This document shows, piece after piece, positions 55,447 to 64,000 of a DNA stretch of 64,000 bases. The translations under genes and the position numbers were made by a program. Where the stretch lies: contig OZ220480.1 of assembly GCA_965116025.1 (NCBI GenBank), positions 1,664,001-1,728,000 of the forward strand, read 5' to 3'. Source of the DNA: an uncultured candidatus Porisulfidus sp. Lineage in GTDB: Bacteria > Pseudomonadota > Gammaproteobacteria > Poriferisulfidales > Poriferisulfidaceae. The notes below the pieces were generated by a model, which had not been told where the DNA came from, ran no database searches, and was given only the letters and a program-made list of their open reading frames with translations. The number at the start of each line of letters is the position of its first letter. The first letter of the stretch is position 1.

Positions 55447-55491
55447 ATGTGCGGTATTATTTTCTCTCACCCTGCCCGAAAAGGACCAGTT

Positions 55492-56475
55492 ATGACGAAC
55501 ACGCCTAAGCGAATCGCCATCACCGGCGCGGCCGGCAACATCGCGTATCAGGCCATGTTCCGAATCGCGGCTGGCGAGTTTTTGGGAGACCAGCAACCGG
55601 TCGCCCTGAGCCTGATCGATATTCCGCCCGCCATGCCGTCGCTCGGCGGCACCGCTATGGAGCTAGAGGATTGCGCCTTCCCTCTGCTACGTGGCGTCTC
55701 GCTAAGCGCTGACGTCGAGGAAGGCTTCGGTGATGCCGACTATGTGTTCATGTTCGGGTCGCGTCCGCGTGGAAAAGGCATGGAGCGAAGCGACCTGATT
55801 CGGGAAAATGGAAAGATCTTCGGTCCCCAGGGCAAGGCCATCAACGACTGCGCGCGCCGCGATGTCCGGGTTCTGGTCATCGGAAATCCGGCCAACACCA
55901 ACGCGTTGATCGCCCTGCGTCACGCTCCAGACCTCGACCCGCGCCAGTTCTCCGCGATGACCCGCTTGGACCACGAGCGCTCTCGCTCGATGCTGGCGAG
56001 AAAGATTGGCGAGCCGGTGGCCAACATCGCTCGCATGACGGTCTGGGGGAATCATTCCCCGGAGATGTTTCCCGACATCGGCTACTGCACGGCATCTGGA
56101 ACCCCGGCCCGAGACTTGGTGGACGCGGACTGGTATCGGGGAGAGTTCATTCCGGCGATCCAGCAGCGTGGAGCCAAGGTCATTGAGGCGCGCGGCGCCT
56201 CCTCCGCCGCCTCGGCCGCGAACGCGGCCATCCTGCACATGCGCGACTGGGTTCGAGGAACGCCAAAAAACGACTGGGTCAGCATGAGCGTGCTCTCGGA
56301 CGGCTCGTATGGCGTGGCGGAAGGAATCGTGTTCTCTTTTCCCTGCCAATGCTCGGAGGCCGAATACTCGATCATGTCCCAGCTGGAGCTGGACGCGGTC
56401 GGGCGCGAGCGGATCAAGGCGAACGAGGCTGAGTTGCTGAGCGAGCGCGACGCGGTCGCCGACTTGCTTTCTTGA
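55492..56475 (+). CDS. mdh: Malate dehydrogenase
   Basis: [42 protein letters not shown]. Confidence 0.96.
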   Translation: MTNTPKRIAITGAAGNIAYQAMFRIAAGEFLGDQQPVALSLIDIPPAMPSLGGTAMELEDCAFPLLRGVSLSADVEEGFGDADYVFMFGSRPRGKGMERSDLIRENGKIFGPQGKAINDCARRDVRVLVIGNPANTNALIALRHAPDLDPRQFSAMTRLDHERSRSMLARKIGEPVANIARMTVWGNHSPEMFPDIGYCTASGTPARDLVDADWYRGEFIPAIQQRGAKVIEARGASSAASAANAAILHMRDWVRGTPKNDWVSMSVLSDGSYGVAEGIVFSFPCQCSEAEYSIMSQLELDAVGRERIKANEAELLSERDAVADLLS

Positions 56476-56489
56476 TCGACCGAAGGGAT

Positions 56490-58241
56490 TTATTCCGCTC
56501 GGGAAGCGAGGACCTCCACCCGCACGGTCACGATATCCGCGTCGTGGTATTGCTGGTGACGGACCGAAGACGCGAGGTGCTGGAGCAAGCGCAGAGAGAC
56601 TTCGCGCTCGACGTGAGGCGACACGGTTTTTTGGCCGAGCAAGGCGATGCGGTCCTGAAGGTTCCCCTCTCCCGCGGCGGCGACGAGTTCGAGAACCGCC
56701 TCATCGCCTTCCTTGCGGGCGGTCAAGAGCAGGCGCCGTCCGTCGACCTCCTCACCTTCCCGCTCGCGCAGCGTCAGCAACGTCTCTTCGGTGACCGCGT
56801 AAAGACGATCCAGCATTCCTTCGTCCCAGCCATGCCTGGTAGCGAATTCGCGCAGAAATTTCTTGATCTCGGGCAACAGCGAGATGTCGAGACCGCCCTC
56901 GATTCGGTGGCGACGAGGTTTCGTCAGTTCCATGAACAGCGTCATGAGGATGGCGAGGAGGCCGCCAGCAGTGATTCCGTTGGTCAGCAGGCCCCCCGCG
57001 AAGTCCTTGACGTATTCAGGATAGATCAAGCCGTTTTGCAACCCGACTCCAGCCCAGAAGGAGACCCCGACGATCAAGGCCGTTCGATAGTCGATTCCGT
57101 CTTGGACCGCCACTCTCATGCCCACCACGAAGAGCAAAGCCAGCAACACGCTGATGTACGCGCCGGCGACCGGGCCAGGGATCGCCAGAATGACGGCGAG
57201 CGCCTTGGGGAGGAACGCCAGGGCCAGAAAAATCGCTCCAAGGGCGATTCCGACCTTGCGGGCTCCGACTCCGGTCAGCTCGGCGACGGAAACGCTGGTC
57301 GAATACGTCGTGTTCGGCATCGTTCCCGCGAGGCCAGACAGCAGGTTTCCGACCCCGTCCGCGGCCACCGTGCCCTGCACCGTCCGAAAGTCCACCGCTC
57401 GGGGGCGTCGCCAAGCGACGCGCTGGATGGCCACGGAATCCCCCACGGTTTCCACGGCCCCGACCAGAGTCACGAACACGAACGCGGGGGCGAGCGTCCA
57501 GAAAGTCGTCCCGAAGCTGAGATCGTAGCCAGGCCATCCGGCCTTGGGAAAGCCTAGCCACGTAGCCTCGGCGACGCGGCTCGCCTCGTAAAGGCCGAGG
57601 TATCCAGCGATTCCCGAGCCAACCGCGACCCCGATGACGGGAGCCCAGAGACGCAAGATCCCGGTCGCCTTCAGGGCGATTCCGCCCATGGTTATCAGGG
57701 TCGCGGCGGCGCATAGCGCGGCCGCCGACATGGGGGTCCCCTCAGGCACGTCGATCAGAAAATCGAAAACGATCGGCATGACGGTGACCGGCACCAGCAT
57801 GATGACCGTTCCCGCCACCGCAGGGGTCAGAACCTTTCGAAAGAGCGAGAGGCGCGCGGCGAGCGCGAACTGGAAAATTGACGATAAGGCGACCAAGGTG
57901 GCCAGCATCGCCGGCCCGCCTTCCGCGATGGCGGTGATGCAGATCGCGATGAACGCTCCGGACGGCCCCATAGCGAGCGTATAGCCCGCCCCAATTCGAC
58001 CGATCCGAACAGCTTGCAGGATCGTGGTGACGCCGCTGACGATGACGGTGGCGAAGACGATCCAAGACAGAAAGGTCTCGGTCGCTCCGGCAGCTCGAGC
58101 GACGATCGCCGGAGACAGGACGATACCGGCGATGCAGAGGATGGCGAGCTGCAGGCCGAAGCCGAAGGCGAGAGCGGTCGGCGGGTTCTCGTCGGGCTGA
58201 TAGCGGATGTTCGCGCGTCCGGCGGAACTCTTGGTGTCTAT
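56490..58241 (-). CDS. NCS2/NAT (xanthine-uracil) family permease with C-terminal soluble domain; apparent ATA start
   Basis: Open frame extends 90 codons upstream of ATG 57971 (IRYQPDENPP..AFGFGLQ, SGVTTILQ); ADG.G..L.G..G..PNTTYS...V..LTGV..R signature. Confidence 0.8.
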   Translation of the reverse strand: MDTKSSAGRANIRYQPDENPPTALAFGFGLQLAILCIAGIVLSPAIVARAAGATETFLSWIVFATVIVSGVTTILQAVRIGRIGAGYTLAMGPSGAFIAICITAIAEGGPAMLATLVALSSIFQFALAARLSLFRKVLTPAVAGTVIMLVPVTVMPIVFDFLIDVPEGTPMSAAALCAAATLITMGGIALKATGILRLWAPVIGVAVGSGIAGYLGLYEASRVAEATWLGFPKAGWPGYDLSFGTTFWTLAPAFVFVTLVGAVETVGDSVAIQRVAWRRPRAVDFRTVQGTVAADGVGNLLSGLAGTMPNTTYSTSVSVAELTGVGARKVGIALGAIFLALAFLPKALAVILAIPGPVAGAYISVLLALLFVVGMRVAVQDGIDYRTALIVGVSFWAGVGLQNGLIYPEYVKDFAGGLLTNGITAGGLLAILMTLFMELTKPRRHRIEGGLDISLLPEIKKFLREFATRHGWDEGMLDRLYAVTEETLLTLREREGEEVDGRRLLLTARKEGDEAVLELVAAAGEGNLQDRIALLGQKTVSPHVEREVSLRLLQHLASSVRHQQYHDADIVTVRVEVLASRAE

Positions 58242-58271
58242 GGCGCCTCCTGCGTCAGGCCTGCGGGGTTG

Positions 58272-58301
58272 GCCGGGAAGCGGAGAGATCCGCTTCCCGG
58301 C
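58272..58301. terminator. Strong intergenic hairpin (13-bp stem) between hydrolase and permease
   Basis: gccgggaagcgga-gaga-tccgcttcccggc; no U-tract on the coding strand, so it may instead stabilise RNA. Confidence 0.55.
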
Positions 58302-58326
58302 GTGTCGCGTGTTTTCCGCAGCGGCG

Positions 58327-59205
58327 TCAGTCTTTCAGGGTGACGCGATCCACGTTCGCCCATTCGGTCACGAAGTCGTGGATCAGGTCGACGACGGCGT
58401 CGGGGCGGTCTTCCAACACATAGTGTCCGGCCCGCTCGATTATCTCGAACCGGGTCGGTCCCGCGATGGCATCTTTCAGTCGCCGTCCTGACTCGACTGG
58501 CATCCAAGCGTCATGCAACGCCCAGCACACCATGGTCGGACAAGTGATCTTGCTGTGGTCGACGCTCATGGTCTCCTCGTTGCTTGGCTCCGAGCAGACG
58601 TGCACTAGTGATTTGAAGCCGGTCAGTCCCGGTCCTCGAGCCCAGAACGAGAGGTAGTTCTCTTTGACGTTCTTGTCGGTGAACGCGATCTTGTCGTGGC
58701 TCCCCATCAGCAACAACCCGTGAAATCCCGCCGCCGCCTGGCCCATGGCCTGCTGGAGAACCTCGTCCGAAGCTCCGGCCAGGGCGTTGAAGGCCTCCAC
58801 CTCAAGCACCGGCCAGTAGTCCCAGGCGACCGGGTTGATCAGGATCAGCCGACGGATCAGGTCCCCATACTTGGAAGCGAAGATCTGGCATGCTCCTCCT
58901 CCGTGGTCATGGCCGATCAAGATGACGTCTCCCGCGAGCCCTAGCCCCTCGATCACGGCCCTGATGGCTTCCGCTTGATTCGTCAAGGTGTGGGTGAATT
59001 TGTCGAGCGGCATGCTCGACTGGCCGTAGCCGACCATGTCCATCGCGTAGGTCTGGTAACGGTCAGACAAGCCTTCCTGCGCATGGCGCCACAGTCGGCT
59101 GTTCGTCGGTATGCCATGGACCATCAACAGGGCTGGACCGCTATCGCCTTTCTTCTCGATATGGATCTCAAGATCCAATCCTCCGACATTGATCGCTTGT
59201 TTCAT
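58327..59205 (-). CDS. Alpha/beta hydrolase (epoxide hydrolase/dehalogenase-like, Asp nucleophile)
   Basis: HGIPT, DMVGYGQS, GHDHGG, AGHYVLED.P; AGGAGG RBS. Confidence 0.85.
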   Translation of the reverse strand: MKQAINVGGLDLEIHIEKKGDSGPALLMVHGIPTNSRLWRHAQEGLSDRYQTYAMDMVGYGQSSMPLDKFTHTLTNQAEAIRAVIEGLGLAGDVILIGHDHGGGACQIFASKYGDLIRRLILINPVAWDYWPVLEVEAFNALAGASDEVLQQAMGQAAAGFHGLLLMGSHDKIAFTDKNVKENYLSFWARGPGLTGFKSLVHVCSEPSNEETMSVDHSKITCPTMVCWALHDAWMPVESGRRLKDAIAGPTRFEIIERAGHYVLEDRPDAVVDLIHDFVTEWANVDRVTLKD

Positions 59206-59441
59206 GGAGTTCCTCCTTATGCGTATGATGATTCGCTGGGAAATTTTCCCGTATGATCATCATACATCACGATCCCCGCGGAATCTTCCGAAGGTTTTTC
59301 TCTACAGGAAGATCTCGCGCGCCCGCTTTTTGATTTCGAGAGGATGCGGTATGCCCTCGCCAAGCGCGGAGAGCGTTCCTTAAATCTCCGCCCGATTATC
59401 ATACGCTTGACCGTCCCGGAGCCAGCGACGATTTCCCGCCA

Positions 59442-60146
59442 ATGAGATTTCTCCTGATCGCCCTGATTCTGTTCGGGTTGTTCCTGTTTTTGCGATGGCA
59501 ATACCGGCAGTCTCCCCGTCATCTGTACACGTGGCTCGCCGCGCTCGCCGGCGTTGGGCTGATCGGTTTGGTCCTCACGGGACGGGCCCATTGGGCCGTT
59601 GGAGTGGTTGGCGGGCTTCTTCCGTTTCTCGGCAAGGTCGCGGCATTGCTTCGCTGGCTTCCGCTCCTGTCTTGGGCGCGTCGCGCCTACGGATCATCCG
59701 CCGCCATTCACCTGCGGACGGCGTGGCTGGATGTCACCGTCGACCGGAAAACCGGCGCGATGGACGGAATCGTGCGCCAAGGCGAATTCGCGAGGCGGAA
59801 GCTGTCCCAGCTCGATTTGTCGCAACTGGAGGGCCTGCTTAGGGATTGCCAGAGCGACCCGCGATCAGCCGCGTTGTTGCGAGCCTATCTATCGCGAACC
59901 CATGCGCGCTGGAGGGATAAGGAATCAGGCGGAAGCGCGGGTCCCGACGAATTCGAGGAGTCTGGAATGTCGGAGAAGACCGCAGCGCGGATCCTTGGCG
60001 TGCGGCTGGGAGCGGCGGAAGAGGAAATCCGGTCCGCCCACCGCGCTCTCGCCCAGAAACTCCATCCCGACCGTGGGGGAAATGACTACTTAGCTAGAAA
60101 AATCAATCAAGCGAGAGACGTTCTTATGAAAAAGGCCCGGCACTGA
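59442..60146 (+). CDS. Membrane-anchored J-domain (DnaJ-like) protein
   Basis: N-terminal TM helices; A..ILGV...EEIR.AHR.L.QKLHPDRGG..LA.KINQARD.L. Confidence 0.88.
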   Translation: MRFLLIALILFGLFLFLRWQYRQSPRHLYTWLAALAGVGLIGLVLTGRAHWAVGVVGGLLPFLGKVAALLRWLPLLSWARRAYGSSAAIHLRTAWLDVTVDRKTGAMDGIVRQGEFARRKLSQLDLSQLEGLLRDCQSDPRSAALLRAYLSRTHARWRDKESGGSAGPDEFEESGMSEKTAARILGVRLGAAEEEIRSAHRALAQKLHPDRGGNDYLARKINQARDVLMKKARH

Positions 60147-60735
60147 TGGTGGAGCGCGTCCGGATTCTGGCCAGCATGAGAATGGCGAAGATCAAGGCGT
60201 ATATGATTGGCTCCAAGTAGTCCGCCCGAACCAGCCAGAAGTAGTGCACAATTCCGACCATCGTCGCGACGTAAATCAGGCGGTGTAACCGGTTCCAAGC
60301 ATTCCCAAGCGCCCGCTGGGCGCGGCGGGTGGAAGTCAGCGCCAATGGCGCCAGCAGAACGAAGGCCGTCATGCCCGCGGTGATGAATGGACGGTCCTGA
60401 ATATCTAGCCAAACCTCCGTCCAATCGAAGAATTTGTCAAACCAGAGATAGGTACCCAAGTGAAGGGACGCGTAGAAGAACGCGAACAGTCCGAGCATTC
60501 GGCGGTAGCGTAGCAACGCGGGCGCCTTCGCGACGCGAATCAAGGGCGTGACCAGCAGGGTTAGCAGCAAAAACCTCAGGGCCCAGGCGCCTGTTGACCG
60601 AGTCAGCGTCTCCAGTGGGTTGACTCCCAAGGTTTGCGCCCAGGCTCCATGCGCCAGCTCAAGCGCGGGCGCGAGGCAGAGCGAGAACAGCGCGGGCTTG
60701 ATCCACCGCGCGGTCGAAGGCGAACGCGCGCGCAC
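60124..60735 (-). CDS. msrQ: Methionine sulfoxide reductase heme subunit
   Basis: TG.WAL, RRMLGL.AFFYA.LH, W.RLHRL.Y, HYFW. Confidence 0.93.
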   Translation of the reverse strand: MRARSPSTARWIKPALFSLCLAPALELAHGAWAQTLGVNPLETLTRSTGAWALRFLLLTLLVTPLIRVAKAPALLRYRRMLGLFAFFYASLHLGTYLWFDKFFDWTEVWLDIQDRPFITAGMTAFVLLAPLALTSTRRAQRALGNAWNRLHRLIYVATMVGIVHYFWLVRADYLEPIIYALIFAILMLARIRTRSTISAGPFS

Positions 60736-60740
60736 GCGCT

Positions 60741-61691
60741 TCAGAAATGTTCGCGCAGATCCATACCGCTATAGAGGTGCGCGACTTCCTCAGCATAGCC
60801 GTTGAACATCAACGTCTTTCGCTTTCGGAATTCCCCGATCCGGCGTTCGCGGCGCTGGCTCCAGCGCGGATGGCGGACTTCTGGGTTCACATTGGAATAG
60901 AAACCGTATTCTTGAGGAGCCGCGCGATTCCAGGCCGTTGGGGGCCGCGTCTCGACGAACTGGATCCGTACGATGGACTTGATGCTTTTGAAGCCGTATT
61001 TCCAAGGAACCACGATCCGGATGGGCGCGCCGTTCTGGTTGGGCAGGACCTGTCCGTACATGCCGACGGCTAGCAGCGTTAGCGGGTGCGCTGCCTCGTC
61101 GATGCGCAGACCCTCGACGTAAGGCCAGTCTAGAACGTCGCGCCGTTGCCCTGGCAGATTCTCTGGATCGAGAATCGTCTGGAAGGCCACATAGCGAGCC
61201 TTCGATGTTGGCTTCAGCTTCTTGAGCGTGACCGCCAGCGGCGTTCCCAGCCATGGGATCACCATCGACCATGCTTCCACGCAACGCAGTCGATAGATCC
61301 GCTCTTCCAGTTGATTCATCGACACTAAGTCCTCGACCGCGTACGTTCCCGGATTCTCGCAGTGTCCCCCCACCTCGACGGACCAAGGCTCGGTGATTAA
61401 GGCCGCCGCGTTGCGCGAGGGGTCCTTCTTTCCGTAGCCCAACTCGTAGAAGTTGTTGTAATGGGTTGCCGCGTGCATGGGCGTGATATCCTCCTTCGTG
61501 GAGTATGGACCGGAACGCGCCGCCTTAAGCGTCGGGCTGGCCTGAGTTGGCTTTCCCATCACCAGACCGCCCGCCAGTCCTACGGCTCCGGCCGCGCACT
61601 GCCGCATGAAGGTTCGGCGCCGTTTATAGAATCCCGGGTCCGTCACTGAGGATTCTTTCTCCCTTGAGCGCCGAGCGACTCGAATCAGCAT
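60741..61691 (-). CDS. msrP: Methionine sulfoxide reductase molybdo-subunit
   Basis: Tat signal [35 protein letters not shown]. Confidence 0.96.
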   Translation of the reverse strand: MLIRVARRSREKESSVTDPGFYKRRRTFMRQCAAGAVGLAGGLVMGKPTQASPTLKAARSGPYSTKEDITPMHAATHYNNFYELGYGKKDPSRNAAALITEPWSVEVGGHCENPGTYAVEDLVSMNQLEERIYRLRCVEAWSMVIPWLGTPLAVTLKKLKPTSKARYVAFQTILDPENLPGQRRDVLDWPYVEGLRIDEAAHPLTLLAVGMYGQVLPNQNGAPIRIVVPWKYGFKSIKSIVRIQFVETRPPTAWNRAAPQEYGFYSNVNPEVRHPRWSQRRERRIGEFRKRKTLMFNGYAEEVAHLYSGMDLREHF

Positions 61692-62467
61692 GTCTCCTCT
61701 CTCACCTCGCGAGCGGAAGCGCAAATGGGACAACGCTCGTCCGCCACTAGTTCCACGGTCCTCCATCGCGCCTTGGTCGCGTCGTAAAGCGACAGTTGGT
61801 TGTACAGCGGCTCTCCCACGGACAACAAGCACTTGACCGCCTCGACCGCTTGGACGCTGGCGACGGCCCCCGCGACTGGCCCCAGCACGCCGGTCTCGGA
61901 ACATCTTTCCTCCGGAATCGGCTCGGTTCCGAACAGGCATTGGTAGCAAGCGTCTTCTTTTTGCCGGTTGCGAAAGACCGCCACCTGCCCCTCCATCCGA
62001 ATCACGGCCCCGGAAACCAATGTCGTTCCGGATTCGACGCAAGCCTGATTGATAGCTAAGCGGGTCTCGAAATTGTCCGTCGCGTCTACGACCAGGTCGG
62101 CTACCCGGACTCGCTCTCGAAGAGGATCGCCTCTCAGATATTCGGTGGCGATGTCCACTCGAACTTCTGGATTCAAATTTTCCACGATCCGGCGCGCCTC
62201 CTCAGTCTTTGCTCGACCTAGGCTGGATGTGCCGTACAGGATTTGGCGTTGAAGGTTTTCCAACTCCACAAGGTCGGGGTCAGCGAGCGTCAAGCGCCCT
62301 ACTCCGCACGCCGCCAGATACATGGCGAGTGGAGATCCCAGCCCTCCCAGACCGACCAGCAGGACATGGGACTGGAGCAGAAGGCATTGTCCTTCAATGC
62401 CAATCTCCGGCAAGACGATTTGCCGGTTGTAGCGCAGGAGTTGCGGGTCGCCGAGTTCCGCACCCAT
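61685..62467 (-). CDS. moeB: Molybdopterin-synthase adenylyltransferase (MoeB/ThiF family)
   Basis: [27 protein letters not shown] and CPIC. Confidence 0.9.
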   Translation of the reverse strand: MGAELGDPQLLRYNRQIVLPEIGIEGQCLLLQSHVLLVGLGGLGSPLAMYLAACGVGRLTLADPDLVELENLQRQILYGTSSLGRAKTEEARRIVENLNPEVRVDIATEYLRGDPLRERVRVADLVVDATDNFETRLAINQACVESGTTLVSGAVIRMEGQVAVFRNRQKEDACYQCLFGTEPIPEERCSETGVLGPVAGAVASVQAVEAVKCLLSVGEPLYNQLSLYDATKARWRTVELVADERCPICASAREVREETC

Positions 62468-62473
62468 GGCGGT

Positions 62474-62788
62474 TCAGGATTCCCGCTTCGTCTTTCCCCT
62501 GGCCTCGAACGCGGCCTTTTGCTCCGGGGTGGCTTCTTTCTGATATCGGGCCTTCCACTCGGCATACGGCATGCCGTAAACGATTTCCCTGGCCGCTTCG
62601 TAATCCAGTGATATTCCCCGCTCCTCGGCCGCGGCGACGTACCATTTGGAGAGGCAATTCCGGCAGAAGTCCGCCAGGACCATCAGGTCGATGTTTTGGA
62701 CGTCGGTCTTGCTTCTCAGGTGATCCACGAGACGACGGTGGACGGCTGCCTCGATCGCTTCGCGCTGACTTTCAGGAATTTCTGGCAT
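62474..62788 (-). CDS. DUF1244 family protein
   Basis: DVQNIDLM.LA.FCRNCLSKWY, YGMPYAEWK..YQ. Confidence 0.88.
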   Translation of the reverse strand: MPEIPESQREAIEAAVHRRLVDHLRSKTDVQNIDLMVLADFCRNCLSKWYVAAAEERGISLDYEAAREIVYGMPYAEWKARYQKEATPEQKAAFEARGKTKRES

Positions 62789-62878
62789 GGCGTTACGCGC
62801 TTGGTTCTTGACGATGTTCAGTATACCCCGCGTTCCCTTAAAATAGGCGGATATCAGCATGGCGCGTCAAGAACACGC

Positions 62879-63463
62879 ATGTCCGCACTACCAGTCAAGC
62901 CTTCCCCGCTCACCGGCATGATTCTCGCTGGCGGCAAGGCGCGGCGCATGGGAGGGCTGGACAAGGGGCTGGCTCTTTATCAGGGACGGGCGCTCATAGC
63001 GCGCGTTCTGGACCGTCTCAAGCCGCAAGTGGACTCCGTGTTGATCAACGCTAACCGTAGCCGCGACCAGTACGCGAAGTTCGGCTATCCCGTGATCGCG
63101 GATGCGGAGAGCGGTTTTTTAGGGCCGCTCGCTGGCATGCTCGCGGGATTGCGCGCCACTCGGACGGATCTGTTGCTATGCGTTCCCTGCGACAGTCCTA
63201 AGCTCAGTTTGGAATTGGCGGCCCGATTGGGCGCGCCTCTCGCTCGAGAGACGACCCGAATCGCCGTCGCGAGTTGCGATGGGCGCCTGCAACCGGTCTT
63301 CGCGGTCCTTCACTCTGGACTCGCGGACGATCTGGAAGGCTTTTTGCGCGATGGCGGGCGCAAGATCGATGAATTTTACAGCGCGCAAGGGTTCGAGGAA
63401 ATCCCTTTTGACGATCCCGATGCATTTCGGAACATCAATACCCACGAGGAGCTGATATCCTGA
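62879..63463 (+). CDS. mobA: Molybdenum cofactor guanylyltransferase
   Basis: ILAGGKARRMGG.DKG, GPLAG, PCDSP, F.NINT. Confidence 0.94.
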   Translation: MSALPVKPSPLTGMILAGGKARRMGGLDKGLALYQGRALIARVLDRLKPQVDSVLINANRSRDQYAKFGYPVIADAESGFLGPLAGMLAGLRATRTDLLLCVPCDSPKLSLELAARLGAPLARETTRIAVASCDGRLQPVFAVLHSGLADDLEGFLRDGGRKIDEFYSAQGFEEIPFDDPDAFRNINTHEELIS

Positions 63464-63984
63464 TGAATGCTGCCGGATCTCCCGTCCTGCTCGGCTTCGC
63501 GGCTTTCAGTGGAACCGGGAAGACCGAGCTCCTGAGCCGATTGATTCCGATCTTGACGGACCAAGGGTCGCGCGTCGGCATGATCAAGCATGCTCACCAC
63601 GCGTTCGACGTGGACCAGCCGGGGAAAGACAGCTACCGTCTCCGCAAGGCCGGGGCCCGGGAGATGTTGATTTCCTCGGGTCGCCGCTGGGCCTTGATGC
63701 ACGAGCTTGGCGAGGACGAGGAGGAGATGAGCCTCGCGCGACTGTTACCAAAACTGGACGCGGAATCGCTCGACTTGATTTTGGTGGAGGGTTTCAAGCG
63801 CGAGGCGTTTCCAAAAATCGAACTCTGCCGCCCAGATCTCGGGCATCCGTATTTATATCCGAACGATCCCGATATCATCGCTTTGGCGACCGACGCGCCC
63901 GCGCCGCCAAAACTCGCGTTGCCGCACCTCGACTTGAACGACGCCGTCGCTATCGCGGCCTTCATTCGGGCCTTGCCACGATGA
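63463..63984 (+). CDS. mobB: Molybdopterin-guanine dinucleotide biosynthesis protein B
   Basis: SGTGKT, IKHAHH.FDVD.PGKDSY, DLILVEGFK. Confidence 0.95.
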   Translation: MNAAGSPVLLGFAAFSGTGKTELLSRLIPILTDQGSRVGMIKHAHHAFDVDQPGKDSYRLRKAGAREMLISSGRRWALMHELGEDEEEMSLARLLPKLDAESLDLILVEGFKREAFPKIELCRPDLGHPYLYPNDPDIIALATDAPAPPKLALPHLDLNDAVAIAAFIRALPR

Positions 63985-64000
63985 TGAAGGGTTGGCTTCA

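Noticed and set aside
59442-63984. J-domain protein, msrPQ, moeB, DUF1244 and mobAB as a novel molybdoenzyme maturation system
   Set aside because: All are known families on mixed strands; clustering of Moco-related genes is ordinary and nothing in the sequence ties the J-protein to them.

Overview
GC-rich gammaproteobacterial chromosome segment, mostly intact housekeeping genes: Moco biosynthesis, surE-pcm-yqaA-nlpD, alaC-hom-thrC, purB, fumC, acnA, mnmA-nudJ, clpA-infA, fabD-fabG-acpP-fabF-pabC-mltG-tmk-holB, dusA, tRNA-Glu, gltX, zapE, mdh and msrPQ. Accessory DNA is interspersed: the 3' part of a type III restriction Res gene, a FitA antitoxin with an internally deleted PIN toxin, an orphan NPPF DNA methyltransferase, two DUF1640-like coiled-coil membrane genes, and a 15-repeat ankyrin-only protein, which suggests a host-associated, possibly sponge-type symbiont (inference). 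The most notable locus is a four-gene restriction-like defence operon at 19274-29011 (DUF499 ATPase, small DUF3780-like protein, DUF1156 methyltransferase, PLD-SNF2 helicase). Two of its genes are out of frame at simple-sequence repeats: a 29-nt G tract in the ATPase and an (AG)4 tract in the methyltransferase. This makes it a candidate two-switch phase-variable defence system, unless the indels are assembly errors. Also unusual is an NCS2-family permease fused to an RsbW/HATPase-like C-terminal domain, which appears to start at an ATA codon. No CRISPR array, rRNA, integrase or transposase was seen. Family assignments come from motif recognition by eye, not from database searches.
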